Shown in pieces: positions 37,378 to 46,991 of a stretch of DNA of 64,000 bases. The notes under the pieces were generated by a model. The model worked only from the letters and a program-made list of their open reading frames with translations. It ran no database searches and was not told where the DNA came from. Source of the stretch: Halogranum rubrum. GTDB taxonomy: Archaea > Halobacteriota > Halobacteria > Halobacteriales > Haloferacaceae. The DNA is taken from NCBI RefSeq assembly GCF_900114455.1, contig NZ_FOTC01000002.1, positions 217,012 to 281,011 on the forward strand. The letters are read 5' to 3'. A program made the translations under genes and the position numbers. How positions within the stretch are numbered: position 1 is the stretch's first letter; each line of letters starts with the position of its first letter.

Positions 37378-38337
37378 ATGAGTGAAAAGACGCACACCAG
37401 AACGCAGACGAACGAGCAGACGGCATCGAACGGCGAGACGCTTCGATGTCCAGAATGCAACGGTAACGTTATCACTGACGAAGGGCACGGTGAGACGGTC
37501 TGTGCGGACTGTGGACTCGTCGTTTCGGAAGATTCGGTCGACCGCGGGCCGGAGTGGCGCGCGTTCAACGCCAACGAGAAAGACTCGAAGTCCCGCGTCG
37601 GTGCGCCGACGACGAACACGATGCACGACAAGGGACTGTCCACCAACATCGACTGGCGCAACAAAGACGCCTACGGCAACTCGCTCGGGTCCCGCCAGCG
37701 ACAGAAGATGCAACGCCTCCGCAAGTGGAACGAGCGCTTCCGGACTCGCGACTCCAAAGAGCGCAACCTGAAGCAGGCACTCGGCGAAATCGACCGGATG
37801 GCGAGTGCGCTCGGCCTGCCGACGAACGTCCGCGAGACGGCGTCGGTCATCTACCGCCGCGCACTCAACGACAACCTCCTGCCCGGTCGCTCTATCGAGG
37901 GTGTCTCGACGGCCTGTGTCTACGCCGCCGCCCGAATGGCTGGCGTGCCACGGAGTCTCGACGAGATTACCGACGTCTCTCGCGTCGACAAGAGCGAAGT
38001 CGCTCGGACCTATCGCTACGTCGTCCGCGAACTCAAACTCGAAGTCCGCCCCGCCGACCCGGAGAGCTACGTCCCGCGGTTCGCGTCGTCGCTCGGCCTC
38101 TCCGAAGAGACCGAACGCCGTGCCCGCCAACTGTTGAAGAACGCCAAGGAGAAGGGCGTCCACAGCGGGAAGTCGCCGGTCGGCCTCGCGGCCGCCGCCG
38201 TCTACGCCGCCGCCCTCCTCACCAACGAGAAGACGACACAGGCGGCCGTCAGCGAAGTCGCGGACATCAGCGAAGTCACCATCCGCAACCGGTATCACGA
38301 ACTCTTAGAGGCCGAAGAAGGCCTCGGCGTCGCCTGA
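37378..38337 (+). CDS. tfb: transcription initiation factor IIB
   Basis: 319 aa. N-terminal Zn ribbon (CPECNG...CADCG). B-finger/linker and two cyclin-fold repeats. Confidence 0.95.
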   Translation: MSEKTHTRTQTNEQTASNGETLRCPECNGNVITDEGHGETVCADCGLVVSEDSVDRGPEWRAFNANEKDSKSRVGAPTTNTMHDKGLSTNIDWRNKDAYGNSLGSRQRQKMQRLRKWNERFRTRDSKERNLKQALGEIDRMASALGLPTNVRETASVIYRRALNDNLLPGRSIEGVSTACVYAAARMAGVPRSLDEITDVSRVDKSEVARTYRYVVRELKLEVRPADPESYVPRFASSLGLSEETERRARQLLKNAKEKGVHSGKSPVGLAAAAVYAAALLTNEKTTQAAVSEVADISEVTIRNRYHELLEAEEGLGVA

Positions 38338-38436
38338 GACCGCGCGAATCGAGTTCTCGGCGTTTCGCTGTTCCTCACTGTCCACGTTGCTCGGTTGTCC
38401 GACGCGTAGTGAGTTGCGGCGTTCTTCCGTCTGCTG

Positions 38437-39000
38437 TTAGAGTTTGCTGAAATCTACCAGATAGACGTCTGTGCCGACGAGTTCCCCGTCAACTAAACAC
38501 GGCGTATCGACTCCCTGGTCAAATCGACCGTTCGTATTCTCGTCGCTGAAGGCGACGACTTGCACCCAATGCTTTCCAGAGAGGGGTGAGTCCAACGTGA
38601 TTTTGTCACCGTCGACGTGTTCACCGCTCACATATCGATTCTGGATCTGCGTGACTCCCGCGGCGTCTCCATCGACGTAGGCGACCAACAGGAAGCTAGA
38701 GTTCGGAGGAGTGTAGTACCCGACACGAACGACGTCTGCATCCCAGACGTCCTCGTTGTTGAGCTCCCACAGTCCGACCCAGAGGTCGTCGTCACAGACG
38801 GCTCCCGAAGATGCGAGATTCGCTGGTGTAACCGGGCCGGACGAAGACGTGTGTTCGGTAGTCGTCGCGGCGTCGCTATCTGCATCTGGTGTCTCGTGGG
38901 AGGTGGTCGTCAGAGACGGTGTTGCGGGCGGGTTCCCGTTCCCGAGACAACCCGTACTAATGAAGAGTAACACCAGTACAATCTGGAAGGCGTAACGCAT
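38437..39000 (-). CDS. secreted lipoprotein of unknown function
   Basis: N-terminus MRYAFQIVLVLLFISTGCLG (signal peptide plus lipobox). T/S/D-rich linker. Lower GC than surrounding genes. Confidence 0.6.
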   Translation of the reverse strand: MRYAFQIVLVLLFISTGCLGNGNPPATPSLTTTSHETPDADSDAATTTEHTSSSGPVTPANLASSGAVCDDDLWVGLWELNNEDVWDADVVRVGYYTPPNSSFLLVAYVDGDAAGVTQIQNRYVSGEHVDGDKITLDSPLSGKHWVQVVAFSDENTNGRFDQGVDTPCLVDGELVGTDVYLVDFSKL

Positions 39001-39189
39001 TGGATAATGAATTATATAATGTGATTGATAAATACTTTCTCGCTCTTGTGTACTTCACCTCTGGTTGAGGTGTGCTACTTTCGTACATTCGAGGAAATCT
39101 CCGTGGGCGTGTTGAATACCTGGCGCGAATGTAGCCAGCAGGATGAGTATATGAACAACGTATATTCGGCTATCGTTTGAACGGTTGTT

Positions 39190-39423
39190 ATGGTCGAGAT
39201 TGCCCTCCAGTGGTTCTTTAGTATCCCTCTCGCGCTGTTTGGCGCTTTGTGGATGTATCGAGACGCGAAGTCACGGAGGATGGAGACAGCAGATATGTGG
39301 GCGGTAGGATTTTTTGTCGCATTCTTTCTCCTTCCCTTCTTGGGTGGCATTCTCGTATTCGCGTTCTATCTACGCAAGCGAAATCGAGGCGGTGGGTTCG
39401 CTTACTCTGTTCCTTCAGAGTGA
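39190..39423 (+). CDS. PLDc_N-like (phospholipase-D nuclease N-terminal, PF13396-like) two-TM micro-membrane protein
   Basis: 77 aa. LALFGALWMYRDAKSRRMETADMWAVGFFVAFFLLPFLGGILVFAFYLRKR fits the PLDc_N W-x-D-A-x-R / GW pattern. Confidence 0.55.
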   Translation: MVEIALQWFFSIPLALFGALWMYRDAKSRRMETADMWAVGFFVAFFLLPFLGGILVFAFYLRKRNRGGGFAYSVPSE

Positions 39424-39527
39424 GTCAAACCCATCCGCTCTCCTGCAAGACAGACCGACCGACTCGCTCTTCGGCCTCGCTTGCAACGACCGGACAACGT
39501 TTTGCCCCTCGCCCCACAGCGTTCCGC

Positions 39528-40235
39528 ATGGACTTCGACAGTTTCGTGCTTGCAGCGGCTACTGCGGACCTCTCGGAAGCGGAGGCGGAGGCGGCGCGCG
39601 ACCACGCCGACGCCGTCGAATTTCGGATGGACCTCGCGGACGACCCACTCGCGGCCCTCGACGACTACGACGGGACGCTCCCGCTCATCGTCACCAACCG
39701 AGCAGCGTGGGAAGGCGGCAAAGCGGCCGAAGAGGGACGACTCGACGCGCTCGAAACCGCCGTCGGCTACGAGGCAGTCGAAGCAGTCGACGTCGAACTT
39801 CGGGCGCTCACCGGGGCGGCCGATACGGACGCCGAGGAGGCGCGCGCCCTCCGAGACACGGCGCGCGAACAGGGTGTGTCGGTCATCGCGTCCGTCCACG
39901 ACTTCGAGGCGACGCCCACAGAACCAGCGCTTCGAGACCTACTCGACACCGCCGCCGAGGAGGGCGACGTCGGTAAACTCGCCGTGACGGCGAGCGACCG
40001 GGCCGACACGCTCGCGCTGCTGTCGGCGACGTTCGACGCGACGGCGGCAGGGAAGACGGTGGCGACGATGGCGATGGGTGAGGCCGGCCGCCACACCCGC
40101 GCCGTCGCGCCGGTCTACGGGTCGCGTATCGGATACGCGCCGGTCGACCCGACGAAGGCGACGGCACCAGGACAGTACGACTTGGCGACACTGAGCGAGT
40201 TAGTCGAGCGACTGGAGACGCCGAACAGACCCTAG
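39528..40235 (+). CDS. aroD: 3-dehydroquinate dehydratase, type I
   Basis: Start ATG 39528 (MDFDSFVLAA). The track ORF starts upstream in non-coding sequence. AroD motifs: DAVEFRMDL, VHDFE, and a candidate Schiff-base lysine in GDVGKLAV. Confidence 0.85.
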   Translation: MDFDSFVLAAATADLSEAEAEAARDHADAVEFRMDLADDPLAALDDYDGTLPLIVTNRAAWEGGKAAEEGRLDALETAVGYEAVEAVDVELRALTGAADTDAEEARALRDTAREQGVSVIASVHDFEATPTEPALRDLLDTAAEEGDVGKLAVTASDRADTLALLSATFDATAAGKTVATMAMGEAGRHTRAVAPVYGSRIGYAPVDPTKATAPGQYDLATLSELVERLETPNRP

Positions 40236-40270
40236 TGTTAAAGGTAGTGGAAATAGACATTCTCGATAAT

Positions 40271-40702
40271 ATGGGAGAAGAGGGTCGGCGTGCACTCATC
40301 GCGGCGCTACTTGGTGCGGTCGGCGCTTCGTTCGGTATCGCCGGTGTCGGCCACCTGTACTTACGAGAGTGGCGCCGTGCCGTCGCGTGGTTCACGTTCG
40401 TTCTCGGTGCGATGCTGGTACTCGTGTCGGTGTTCGCCGACCCAGCGTCGGCCACTACCAACGTGGAATCACTCCCACTCACCGTCGTCGCACCGATTAT
40501 CGTGTTGCTGTCGGTGAGCGTCTTCGACGCGTACTACCTCGCACGCCGTGGTCCGTTCGCGTACGACGACCCGAGCGTGATTCAGTGCCCCAACTGTGGT
40601 GGGCGAGTCGACCCGGACCTGCAGTTCTGCTACTGGTGTACCGAACCCCTCACGGCGCGTCAGCACCCACCGGTCGAGGCACAGACGGGGTCGCGGACGT
40701 AA
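40271..40702 (+). CDS. TM2-like membrane protein with C-terminal zinc ribbon
   Basis: GIAGVGHLYLREWRRAVAWFTFVLGAMLV resembles the TM2 GxHxFYxG core. C-terminal CPNCGG...CYWC ribbon. An alternative GTG start at 40235 overlaps the aroD stop. Confidence 0.55.
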   Translation: MGEEGRRALIAALLGAVGASFGIAGVGHLYLREWRRAVAWFTFVLGAMLVLVSVFADPASATTNVESLPLTVVAPIIVLLSVSVFDAYYLARRGPFAYDDPSVIQCPNCGGRVDPDLQFCYWCTEPLTARQHPPVEAQTGSRT

Positions 40703-40769
40703 CGAGAGATTCGAGGAGACGCACTTCGCCTATCGGTTTCGGTACAAAAGCGAACCCTGAGAGAAGCGG

Positions 40770-41972
40770 CTACTTCTCGATGATGCTCTCTTCGACTGCC
40801 TCGCCGAAGTGTCGGGCCGTGTCCTCGTAGTAGACGAGCATCTCGTCACCGACTTGAAGGTCGGTTACTGCCTTCCGCCCCTCGCTCGTGGGCACCTTGA
40901 TGGTCTCGGCGTTCTGCAAGAGCGTCTCGATACGGTCCTCACCGCTCTCGGTCTGGACACGGGCCTCCACGCGGAACATCGGCCGCTTCTCTATCTTGAC
41001 GCGACCGACGATGGCCTCGCGCGTCTTCCCGTTCGTGTCGACGACCTGTACCTCGTCGCCGCTCTTGAGTTCCGAGAGATACTTCGTGCCGCCGCCGGGC
41101 GTGCGGACGTAGGCGTGGACGGCGCCGGCGTTCACGCGGAAAGGACGAGAGGCCACGTACGGTGATTCGGCCGTCTCGGCGTGGACGAAGAAGAGTCCGC
41201 GACCCATACTGCCCACGAGCATCCCTTCGTCGTGGTCGAGCAGACTCCCCGTGTCGACGCAGACGCGGTCGGCCATGCCTGTCCGCTCGACGCCGGTCAC
41301 TTCGGCCCACGTGAGGTCGAGCGACTCGCGTTCGGCGGCGTCGCGGACTTCGACCGTCTTGCGAATCTCGTCGGGGCTGTCGGTGTCGAGGAGGACGCCG
41401 TCGGCACCGAGTTCGAGCGTCTCGAACGCCGTCTTCGCCTCTTCGGCTGAGGTCACGCCGGTCACGAGGTCCGTCTCGTCGCCGATGCGGGCGATGAGGT
41501 TCTCTAGAGGGATGATCTTCCAGTTCTCGCCGACCACGAGCGTGAAGTCGGCGTCGTGGGCGGCCTCCTCGGCGAAGGACTCGTAGTCTTGGTCGAAGAT
41601 GCGGACGTACGCGCCCTGTGCGCGGTTGTCGCTGCGACGGAGCGTCGTCAGGTCCGCAGACCCCGAGAAGTCCGAAGGGAGGTCGACGGTGCCGTCGCCT
41701 TCGCCGTCTTTGCCGACGATGTAGGCGTCGGCGTGTGCTTCGGCACCGCCGTCGTTCTCGGTCTCCGACCCCTCGGCGTCGAGGACGTACGCCTCGGTAT
41801 CCTGCAGGAACGCCGCAACCTTCACGTCGCCGAGTTCGCGGACGCGAGCGACGTCGCTCTCGTCGACGAGCACCCAGTCGACGCCCGACTCGAGTCCTGC
41901 TGTGATGCGTTGCTTTCGCGTCTCCCAGTCGCCGACGGTGTCGTCGGCCTTCAACCAGACGCTGCGTGTCAT
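40770..41972 (-). CDS. aroB: 3-dehydroquinate synthase II (archaeal type, aroB')
   Basis: 400 aa. N-terminus MTRSVWLKADD... with strong similarity to archaeal DHQ synthase II (MJ1249 family). Confidence 0.9.
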   Translation of the reverse strand: MTRSVWLKADDTVGDWETRKQRITAGLESGVDWVLVDESDVARVRELGDVKVAAFLQDTEAYVLDAEGSETENDGGAEAHADAYIVGKDGEGDGTVDLPSDFSGSADLTTLRRSDNRAQGAYVRIFDQDYESFAEEAAHDADFTLVVGENWKIIPLENLIARIGDETDLVTGVTSAEEAKTAFETLELGADGVLLDTDSPDEIRKTVEVRDAAERESLDLTWAEVTGVERTGMADRVCVDTGSLLDHDEGMLVGSMGRGLFFVHAETAESPYVASRPFRVNAGAVHAYVRTPGGGTKYLSELKSGDEVQVVDTNGKTREAIVGRVKIEKRPMFRVEARVQTESGEDRIETLLQNAETIKVPTSEGRKAVTDLQVGDEMLVYYEDTARHFGEAVEESIIEK

Positions 41973-42049
41973 TATCGAACTCTATTCTTGATGGTGGCTT
42001 GAACGTGGCGGATGCCACAGCCACACCGGGCAGTCGGCCGTCGACACCG

Positions 42050-42196
42050 TCACTCGCCGAACCAGTACGACAGGAGGTAGTTCCCGCCGACGACACCGGA
42101 GACGAGGAGCACGCCCAACACTCCGACGGCGAGAAACAGCAAGACCCAGTGTGGAAGGGTCGTCTCGAACGCGGGGACCACCACGCCGCCGTGCAC
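42050..42196 (-). CDS. possible 48-aa micro-membrane protein (GTG start), downstream of DUF2243 gene
   Basis: Hydrophobic ORF VHGGVVVPAFETTLPHWVLLFLAVGVLGVLLVSGVVGGNYLLSYWFGE, immediately after the DUF2243 stop. No homology support. Confidence 0.25.
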   Translation of the reverse strand: MHGGVVVPAFETTLPHWVLLFLAVGVLGVLLVSGVVGGNYLLSYWFGE

Positions 42197-42198
42197 GG

Positions 42199-42678
42199 TT
42201 ATCCGCGCTCCTGCTGTCGAGATTGTTCGGACCACCCGTGTCGGTACAGATACGCGCCCGCTCCGATGATGAGGAGACTCACGACGGCCCAATGGGGGTC
42301 GTAGAACCCCGGGCCGTCCGTCGCGTGGTGGAGGCCGAAGAGCGTGTGGTTGACGACGACGTCGAACAGGTCGAAGAGACCGATTCCCAGTATCGTCGCT
42401 CCCGCCAGCGGCTGTAGCGGTAGCGGCGACGAGGCTCGACGTTCTGCGGTCCACACGAGGCCGGCACCGACGCCGAGGACGAGAACCATGCCGACCGAGA
42501 ACAGTCCGTCCGCGAAGATGTTCGTCCGGAGGCCGGCGAGCGTCGACGGGTCGTAGACGTTCGAGACGAGGTGATGAAGCTGTAGGACGTGGTGGAGGAC
42601 GAGTACGTCGACGAGTCCGCTGAACCCGAAGCCGAGCACTCCGGCACCGACGACGCCCTGTGTGTTCGTTCGGTTCAC
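42199..42678 (-). CDS. DUF2243-family membrane protein
   Basis: 159 aa, 4 TM, conserved His-rich motifs (VLHHVLQLHH, HTLFGLHH). Confidence 0.65.
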   Translation of the reverse strand: MNRTNTQGVVGAGVLGFGFSGLVDVLVLHHVLQLHHLVSNVYDPSTLAGLRTNIFADGLFSVGMVLVLGVGAGLVWTAERRASSPLPLQPLAGATILGIGLFDLFDVVVNHTLFGLHHATDGPGFYDPHWAVVSLLIIGAGAYLYRHGWSEQSRQQERG

Positions 42679-42750
42679 GTCACGCGCTACCGGTGGGGCG
42701 TCCGTAGGCGTTGTTGCCGAGAAGAGAGTGGTTCCCGACTAGGTTCCCGA

Positions 42751-43545
42751 CTACTCGTCGGGGTCGAGTCCGGCCAGTTCGAGGGCGTCTTCGGCGCTTC
42801 GGTCGTCGTGGATGATGGCCGAGACGGTGCTGGCGATGGCTTCGGGGTCGTCGTGCTGGAAGATGCTGCGACCCATCGAGACACCGGCCGCACCGGCGTC
42901 CATCGTCCCGCGGACCATCTCGGCGGTTCGGCGGTTCGTCCCCTTGCTGCCGCCGGCGATGACGACGGGGAGACGCGTCGCTTCGACGACGTGTCGGAAA
43001 CTGTCGGCGTCGCCGCTGTAGCCGGTCTTGACGATGTCGGCACCGAGTTCTTCGGCGAGACGGACGGCGTGGCCGAGCGCCTCCGAGTCGTCGCTGGCGA
43101 CGTCCGGACCACGAGCGTACGCCATCGCGAGGACCGGAATCCCGTAGCGGTGGGCCTTCTCGGTGAGTTCGCCGAGTTGCGTTATCTGCGTCGGTTCGTA
43201 GTTGCTGCCGACGTTGATGTGGAAAGAGACGGCGTCGGCACCGACGCGGATGGCTTCCTCGACGCTGCCGGTGAGTCGCTTGTCGTTCTCGTCGGGACCG
43301 ATGGCCGTCGACCCGTTGAGGTGAACGATGTATCCTGCGTCGTTCTTGTTCGGGTGGACACGCGGGGCGACGCCCTTCTGCGTGAGAACTGCGTCGGCGC
43401 CACCGCGGGTGATGGCGTCGATGGTCGATTCGATGTCTTTCAAGCCCGTGACTGGGCCGAGTGTGATTCCGTGGTCCATCGGAACGATGAGGTATCGTCC
43501 GTCTGTAGAGATGCGGTCGAGTCGAGACTGTAGGCCTGCGTCCAT
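42751..43545 (-). CDS. 2-amino-3,7-dideoxy-D-threo-hept-6-ulosonate (ADH) synthase, class I aldolase family (aroA')
   Basis: 264 aa. MDAGLQSRLDRISTDGRYLIVPMDHG...VLTQKG... fits the archaeal AroA'/MJ0400 family. A candidate Schiff-base lysine lies in DIVKTGYSGD. Confidence 0.88.
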   Translation of the reverse strand: MDAGLQSRLDRISTDGRYLIVPMDHGITLGPVTGLKDIESTIDAITRGGADAVLTQKGVAPRVHPNKNDAGYIVHLNGSTAIGPDENDKRLTGSVEEAIRVGADAVSFHINVGSNYEPTQITQLGELTEKAHRYGIPVLAMAYARGPDVASDDSEALGHAVRLAEELGADIVKTGYSGDADSFRHVVEATRLPVVIAGGSKGTNRRTAEMVRGTMDAGAAGVSMGRSIFQHDDPEAIASTVSAIIHDDRSAEDALELAGLDPDE

Positions 43546-43578
43546 GATGTAGATATGTGAAGCTGTGTCAACCCGTCC

Positions 43579-44415
43579 TTATTGCCGTTCCGGATGCGGT
43601 ACACGTTGCTCGACACCGCGCAGTGCACCGTCTTTCAGTTCGCGCGCTTTGGTTTCGAGTCGGTCGGCCACCTCGGCCGCACTGTCGCCGTTCTCGTGGC
43701 CCTCGGCGACGATGTCGACGAGTGCGCTGCCGACGATGATGCCGTCGGCTCCGCCGGCGACGATGTTCGCGGCGTGCTCGCCCGTCTTGATACCGAAGCC
43801 GACGGCCTTCGGCACGTCCCACTGTGCGAGTCGGTCGAGGCTCTGGCCGGTCTGGTCGGAGACGTCTTCCTGCGCACCGGTGACGCCGAGACGCGCCTGT
43901 ACGTAGACGTAGCCCGAGACCTGGTCCATGATACGTTCGAGACGCTCGCCGCGCGTCGTCGGCGCGACGATGAACACGAGGTCACGGTCGAACTCGTCGC
44001 ACGCCTCTCGGAGCGGTCCGGCCTCCTCTGCGGGCAGGTCGGGGACGACGAAGCCGTCGATGCCGACTTCGGCGGCCTTCTCGACGAACGGTCGGGGGCC
44101 GGGTTCGTCTCCATACTGGTAGATGAGGTTGTAGTACGTCATGCAGACGAGCGGTACGTCGACATCGAGTTCCTCGACGAACTCGAAGAACCGCGTCGGC
44201 GTCATCCCGCCCTCCAGCGACCGCACGACGGCCGACTGGATGGTCGGCCCCTCGGCGATGGGTTCCGAGAAGGGCAACCCGAGTTCGATGAGGTCCGCGC
44301 CGCCGCGTTCGAGCGCCTCGACGTACTCGAGCGAGGACTCGTAATCCGGGTCGCCGACGGCGAGATACGGGATGAACGCCGGGCCGTCTTCGAACGCCTC
44401 TGGAACTCGGCTCAT
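43579..44415 (-). CDS. trpA: tryptophan synthase alpha chain
   Basis: 278 aa. [12 protein letters not shown]...[22 protein letters not shown] motifs. Confidence 0.93.
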   Translation of the reverse strand: MSRVPEAFEDGPAFIPYLAVGDPDYESSLEYVEALERGGADLIELGLPFSEPIAEGPTIQSAVVRSLEGGMTPTRFFEFVEELDVDVPLVCMTYYNLIYQYGDEPGPRPFVEKAAEVGIDGFVVPDLPAEEAGPLREACDEFDRDLVFIVAPTTRGERLERIMDQVSGYVYVQARLGVTGAQEDVSDQTGQSLDRLAQWDVPKAVGFGIKTGEHAANIVAGGADGIIVGSALVDIVAEGHENGDSAAEVADRLETKARELKDGALRGVEQRVPHPERQ

Positions 44416-45659
44416 CAGAGTCCCCCCTGGAACATGCTCATGTCGGGCGCGTTCGGAATGTTTCGCTTGCTCGTCTCTTCGATGACTGATTCGAGGTCTT
44501 TGTCACCGCGTCCGGAGACGTTGACCACGACTGTCTCGCCGAGGTTCTCGTACTCCTCGTGGAGGTACGCGAAGGCGTGGGCCGTCTCCAGTGCTGGGAT
44601 GATGCCCTCCTCCTGTGAGAGGCGATGGAACGCCTCCAGCGCCGCGTCGTCGTCGACGTTCACCGGAATCACCCGCCTCTCGTCGACGAGGTAGGCGAGT
44701 TCCGGGCCGACGCCCGCGTAGTCGAGCCCCGAGGAGACGCTGTGTGACTCCATAATCTGGCCGTCGCGGTCCTGCAGGAGCTTCGTGCGAGCGCCGTGGA
44801 GGATTCCGTCACCGCCCGTCGAGAGCGACGCGGAGTTCGGGGCGACGCCCTTCTCCTCGTCGACGTCGAGACTGCTGCCGCCCGCTTCGACGGCGTAGAG
44901 GTCGACACCCTCGTCGTCGACGAAGTTCGCGAACGCGCCCATCGTGTTCGACCCGCCGCCCGCGCAGGCGAGGACCGAGTCGGGAAGTCCACCGAACTGC
45001 TCTCGTGACTGCTTCCGGGCTTCCTTGGAGATGACCGATTGAAAGTCTCGGACCATGCTCGGGAACGGATGCGGCCCGACGACGCTGCCGATGACGTAGT
45101 GAGTCGTCTCCACCGTCGTCGCCCAGTCGCGCATCGTCTCCGAGATGGCTTCTTTCAGGGTTCCGCGGCCGACGGTTACGGGGTTGACCTCCGCGCCGTT
45201 GATGCGCATTCGGAAGACGTTGGGTCGCTGACGGTTGATGTCGCGTTTGCCCATGTATATCTCACAGGGTATATCGAGGTGCGCGGCGGCCATTGCCGTC
45301 GCCGTGCCGTGTTGACCCGCGCCCGTCTCGGCGACGATGCGCTCTTTCCCCATGTACTTCGCGAGCAAAACCTGCCCGAGTGCGTTGTTCAGTTTGTGCG
45401 CGCCGCCGTGGACGAGGTCCTCGCGTTTGAGATACACCTCTCGGTCGTAGCGCTCCGAGAGGCGGTCCGCGCGCTGCAGCGGCGTCGGTCGCCCGCCGAA
45501 GTCTCGAAGCCGTCGCCGAAACTCGTCCATGAAGCCGTCCTCGTTTTCGAGGACGTACCGCTCGTAGGCGTCTTCCAACTCTTCGATGGCTGGCATCAAC
45601 GCCTCGGGTACGTACTGTCCGCCGTAGTCGCCGAATTTTCCGTCTGTGTTCGTACTCAT
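44415..45659 (-). CDS. trpB: tryptophan synthase beta chain
   Basis: 414 aa. [14 protein letters not shown]-terminus, PLP-Lys region [18 protein letters not shown] loop. Overlaps trpA and trpC by 1 and 4 nt. Confidence 0.95.
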   Translation of the reverse strand: MSTNTDGKFGDYGGQYVPEALMPAIEELEDAYERYVLENEDGFMDEFRRRLRDFGGRPTPLQRADRLSERYDREVYLKREDLVHGGAHKLNNALGQVLLAKYMGKERIVAETGAGQHGTATAMAAAHLDIPCEIYMGKRDINRQRPNVFRMRINGAEVNPVTVGRGTLKEAISETMRDWATTVETTHYVIGSVVGPHPFPSMVRDFQSVISKEARKQSREQFGGLPDSVLACAGGGSNTMGAFANFVDDEGVDLYAVEAGGSSLDVDEEKGVAPNSASLSTGGDGILHGARTKLLQDRDGQIMESHSVSSGLDYAGVGPELAYLVDERRVIPVNVDDDAALEAFHRLSQEEGIIPALETAHAFAYLHEEYENLGETVVVNVSGRGDKDLESVIEETSKRNIPNAPDMSMFQGGL

Positions 45660-46438
45660 GTCTCTGTTTCTGACTCTTGTGTCGCGGTGGTGAAGCGCCG
45701 AACGTTCTCCACTACTTCACCGTCCATGATTGCCGTCCCGACGAGGAGGGCGTCGGCACCGGCCGCGCGCATCCGCCGCACGTCGTCGACAGTCGACACA
45801 CCGCTCTCCGCGATGAGTGTCACGTCGTCGGGGACGTCCGTCGCGACGTTCTCGAACGTCGCGAGGTCTACCTCCAACTTGGCGAGGTCACGGTTATTGA
45901 TACCGATGATGGAAGCACCTGCCGCGAGCGCCTCCGCCAACTCGTCGCTGTCGTGGACCTCGACGAGCACCTGAAATCCGCGTGACTCGGCCGCGTCGAG
46001 GAGTTCCGAGAGGTCGTCGACGAACCGAGCGATGAGGAGGACGACGTCCGACTCGACGACGTCCAACTGGTCCTCGCGGACGATGAAGTCCTTGCGCAAT
46101 ACGGGGACGTCGACGGCCTCGCGGATACGCCGGAGGTTCTCCGTCGACCCGCCGAAGTGCGCCGGTTCGGTGAGCACCGACAGGGCGGCAGCACCGCCTT
46201 CGACCATCGCCTGCGCGAGTTCGACCGGGTCGTCGTCGCGCGTCCCCTCCGTCGTCGGACTCGTCGGCTTGACCTCCGCGATAATCGGGACGCGTCCGTC
46301 GGCTTCCACTGCGGCGAAGGCGTCGGTGAGCGACCGCGCGTCGACGGCGAGTCGCTCGCTTCCCCCCTCGCGCTCTCGCGCGGCGGCGAGAATAGAGCGG
46401 ACCGCCGGCGCAATCTCGTCCTCGTTAGCGTTCATCAT
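45656..46438 (-). CDS. trpC: indole-3-glycerol-phosphate synthase
   Basis: 260 aa. [28 protein letters not shown] motifs. Confidence 0.92.
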   Translation of the reverse strand: MMNANEDEIAPAVRSILAAAREREGGSERLAVDARSLTDAFAAVEADGRVPIIAEVKPTSPTTEGTRDDDPVELAQAMVEGGAAALSVLTEPAHFGGSTENLRRIREAVDVPVLRKDFIVREDQLDVVESDVVLLIARFVDDLSELLDAAESRGFQVLVEVHDSDELAEALAAGASIIGINNRDLAKLEVDLATFENVATDVPDDVTLIAESGVSTVDDVRRMRAAGADALLVGTAIMDGEVVENVRRFTTATQESETET

Positions 46439-46464
46439 TGTACACTAGCGCACTCATTTGTACA
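46439..46464. promoter_or_regulatory. two TGTACA palindromic boxes, 20 bp centre-to-centre, in the trpC / ATL-like divergent promoter
   Basis: TGTACA at 46439-46444, directly abutting the trpC ATG, and at 46459-46464, embedded in TTTTGTACAAAT on the trpC strand. Confidence 0.45.
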
Positions 46465-46529
46465 AAAGGTTTGCGCCACCGACTCCTCGACCTCGACCAT
46501 TCAAGGGTCGGTCGGCCGTCCCCGACGAC

Positions 46530-46982
46530 ATGGACGATGCCGGAATCTACGCACGCGAGTACGACCTCTTGGAGTGTGCAGTACAGTTGGGCGTCGCTGG
46601 TGGACAAGTCATCAACGTCTCCTTTCCCGACAGCGTTCCCGCCGACGCCGAGCGTGACCACGCGCTTCTCGACCGACTCGACGACTACCTCACGGGCGAG
46701 TCGGACCACTTCGACGACGTGCCGGTCGCGCTGACCGTTCCGACCGACAAGCGCCGTGTGCTCGACGCCGTGCGAAAGCTCCCCTACGGCGAGACGGTCG
46801 CAGTCGCTCGCGTCGCTCGCTTGGCAGGGTACGACGACGAAGATGGCGAGGAGATGCAGACGGTCCGGAGCGCGCTCCGAGCGAACCCGGTGCCGATATT
46901 CATCCCCGACCACCGCGTCGACGACGCACAGGGTGCGACGCCGTCGCGCGTGGCGGAGCGGTTACGAATGGTCGAACAGTAA
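46530..46982 (+). CDS. alkyltransferase-like (ATL) protein: MGMT-family fold with catalytic Cys replaced by Asp
   Basis: Start likely ATG 46530 (MDDAGIY). The track ORF 46458 is longer. C-terminal winged helix LPYGETVAVARVARLAG...NPVPIFIPDHRV, where canonical MGMT has PCHRV. The DNA reads ccc gac cac cgc. Confidence 0.75.
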   Translation: MDDAGIYAREYDLLECAVQLGVAGGQVINVSFPDSVPADAERDHALLDRLDDYLTGESDHFDDVPVALTVPTDKRRVLDAVRKLPYGETVAVARVARLAGYDDEDGEEMQTVRSALRANPVPIFIPDHRVDDAQGATPSRVAERLRMVEQ

Positions 46983-46991
46983 GAGCGTCTT

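Noticed and set aside
39075-39350. 91-aa Lys-rich ORF antisense to the PLDc_N-like gene
   Set aside because: It has a basic, K-rich composition and A/T-rich codons inconsistent with the host proteome. The + strand ORF matches a known small-domain pattern. The call remains tentative.
40939-42096. 385-aa Arg-rich ORF overlapping aroB' out of frame
   Set aside because: Frame-shadow of the well-supported DHQ synthase II gene.
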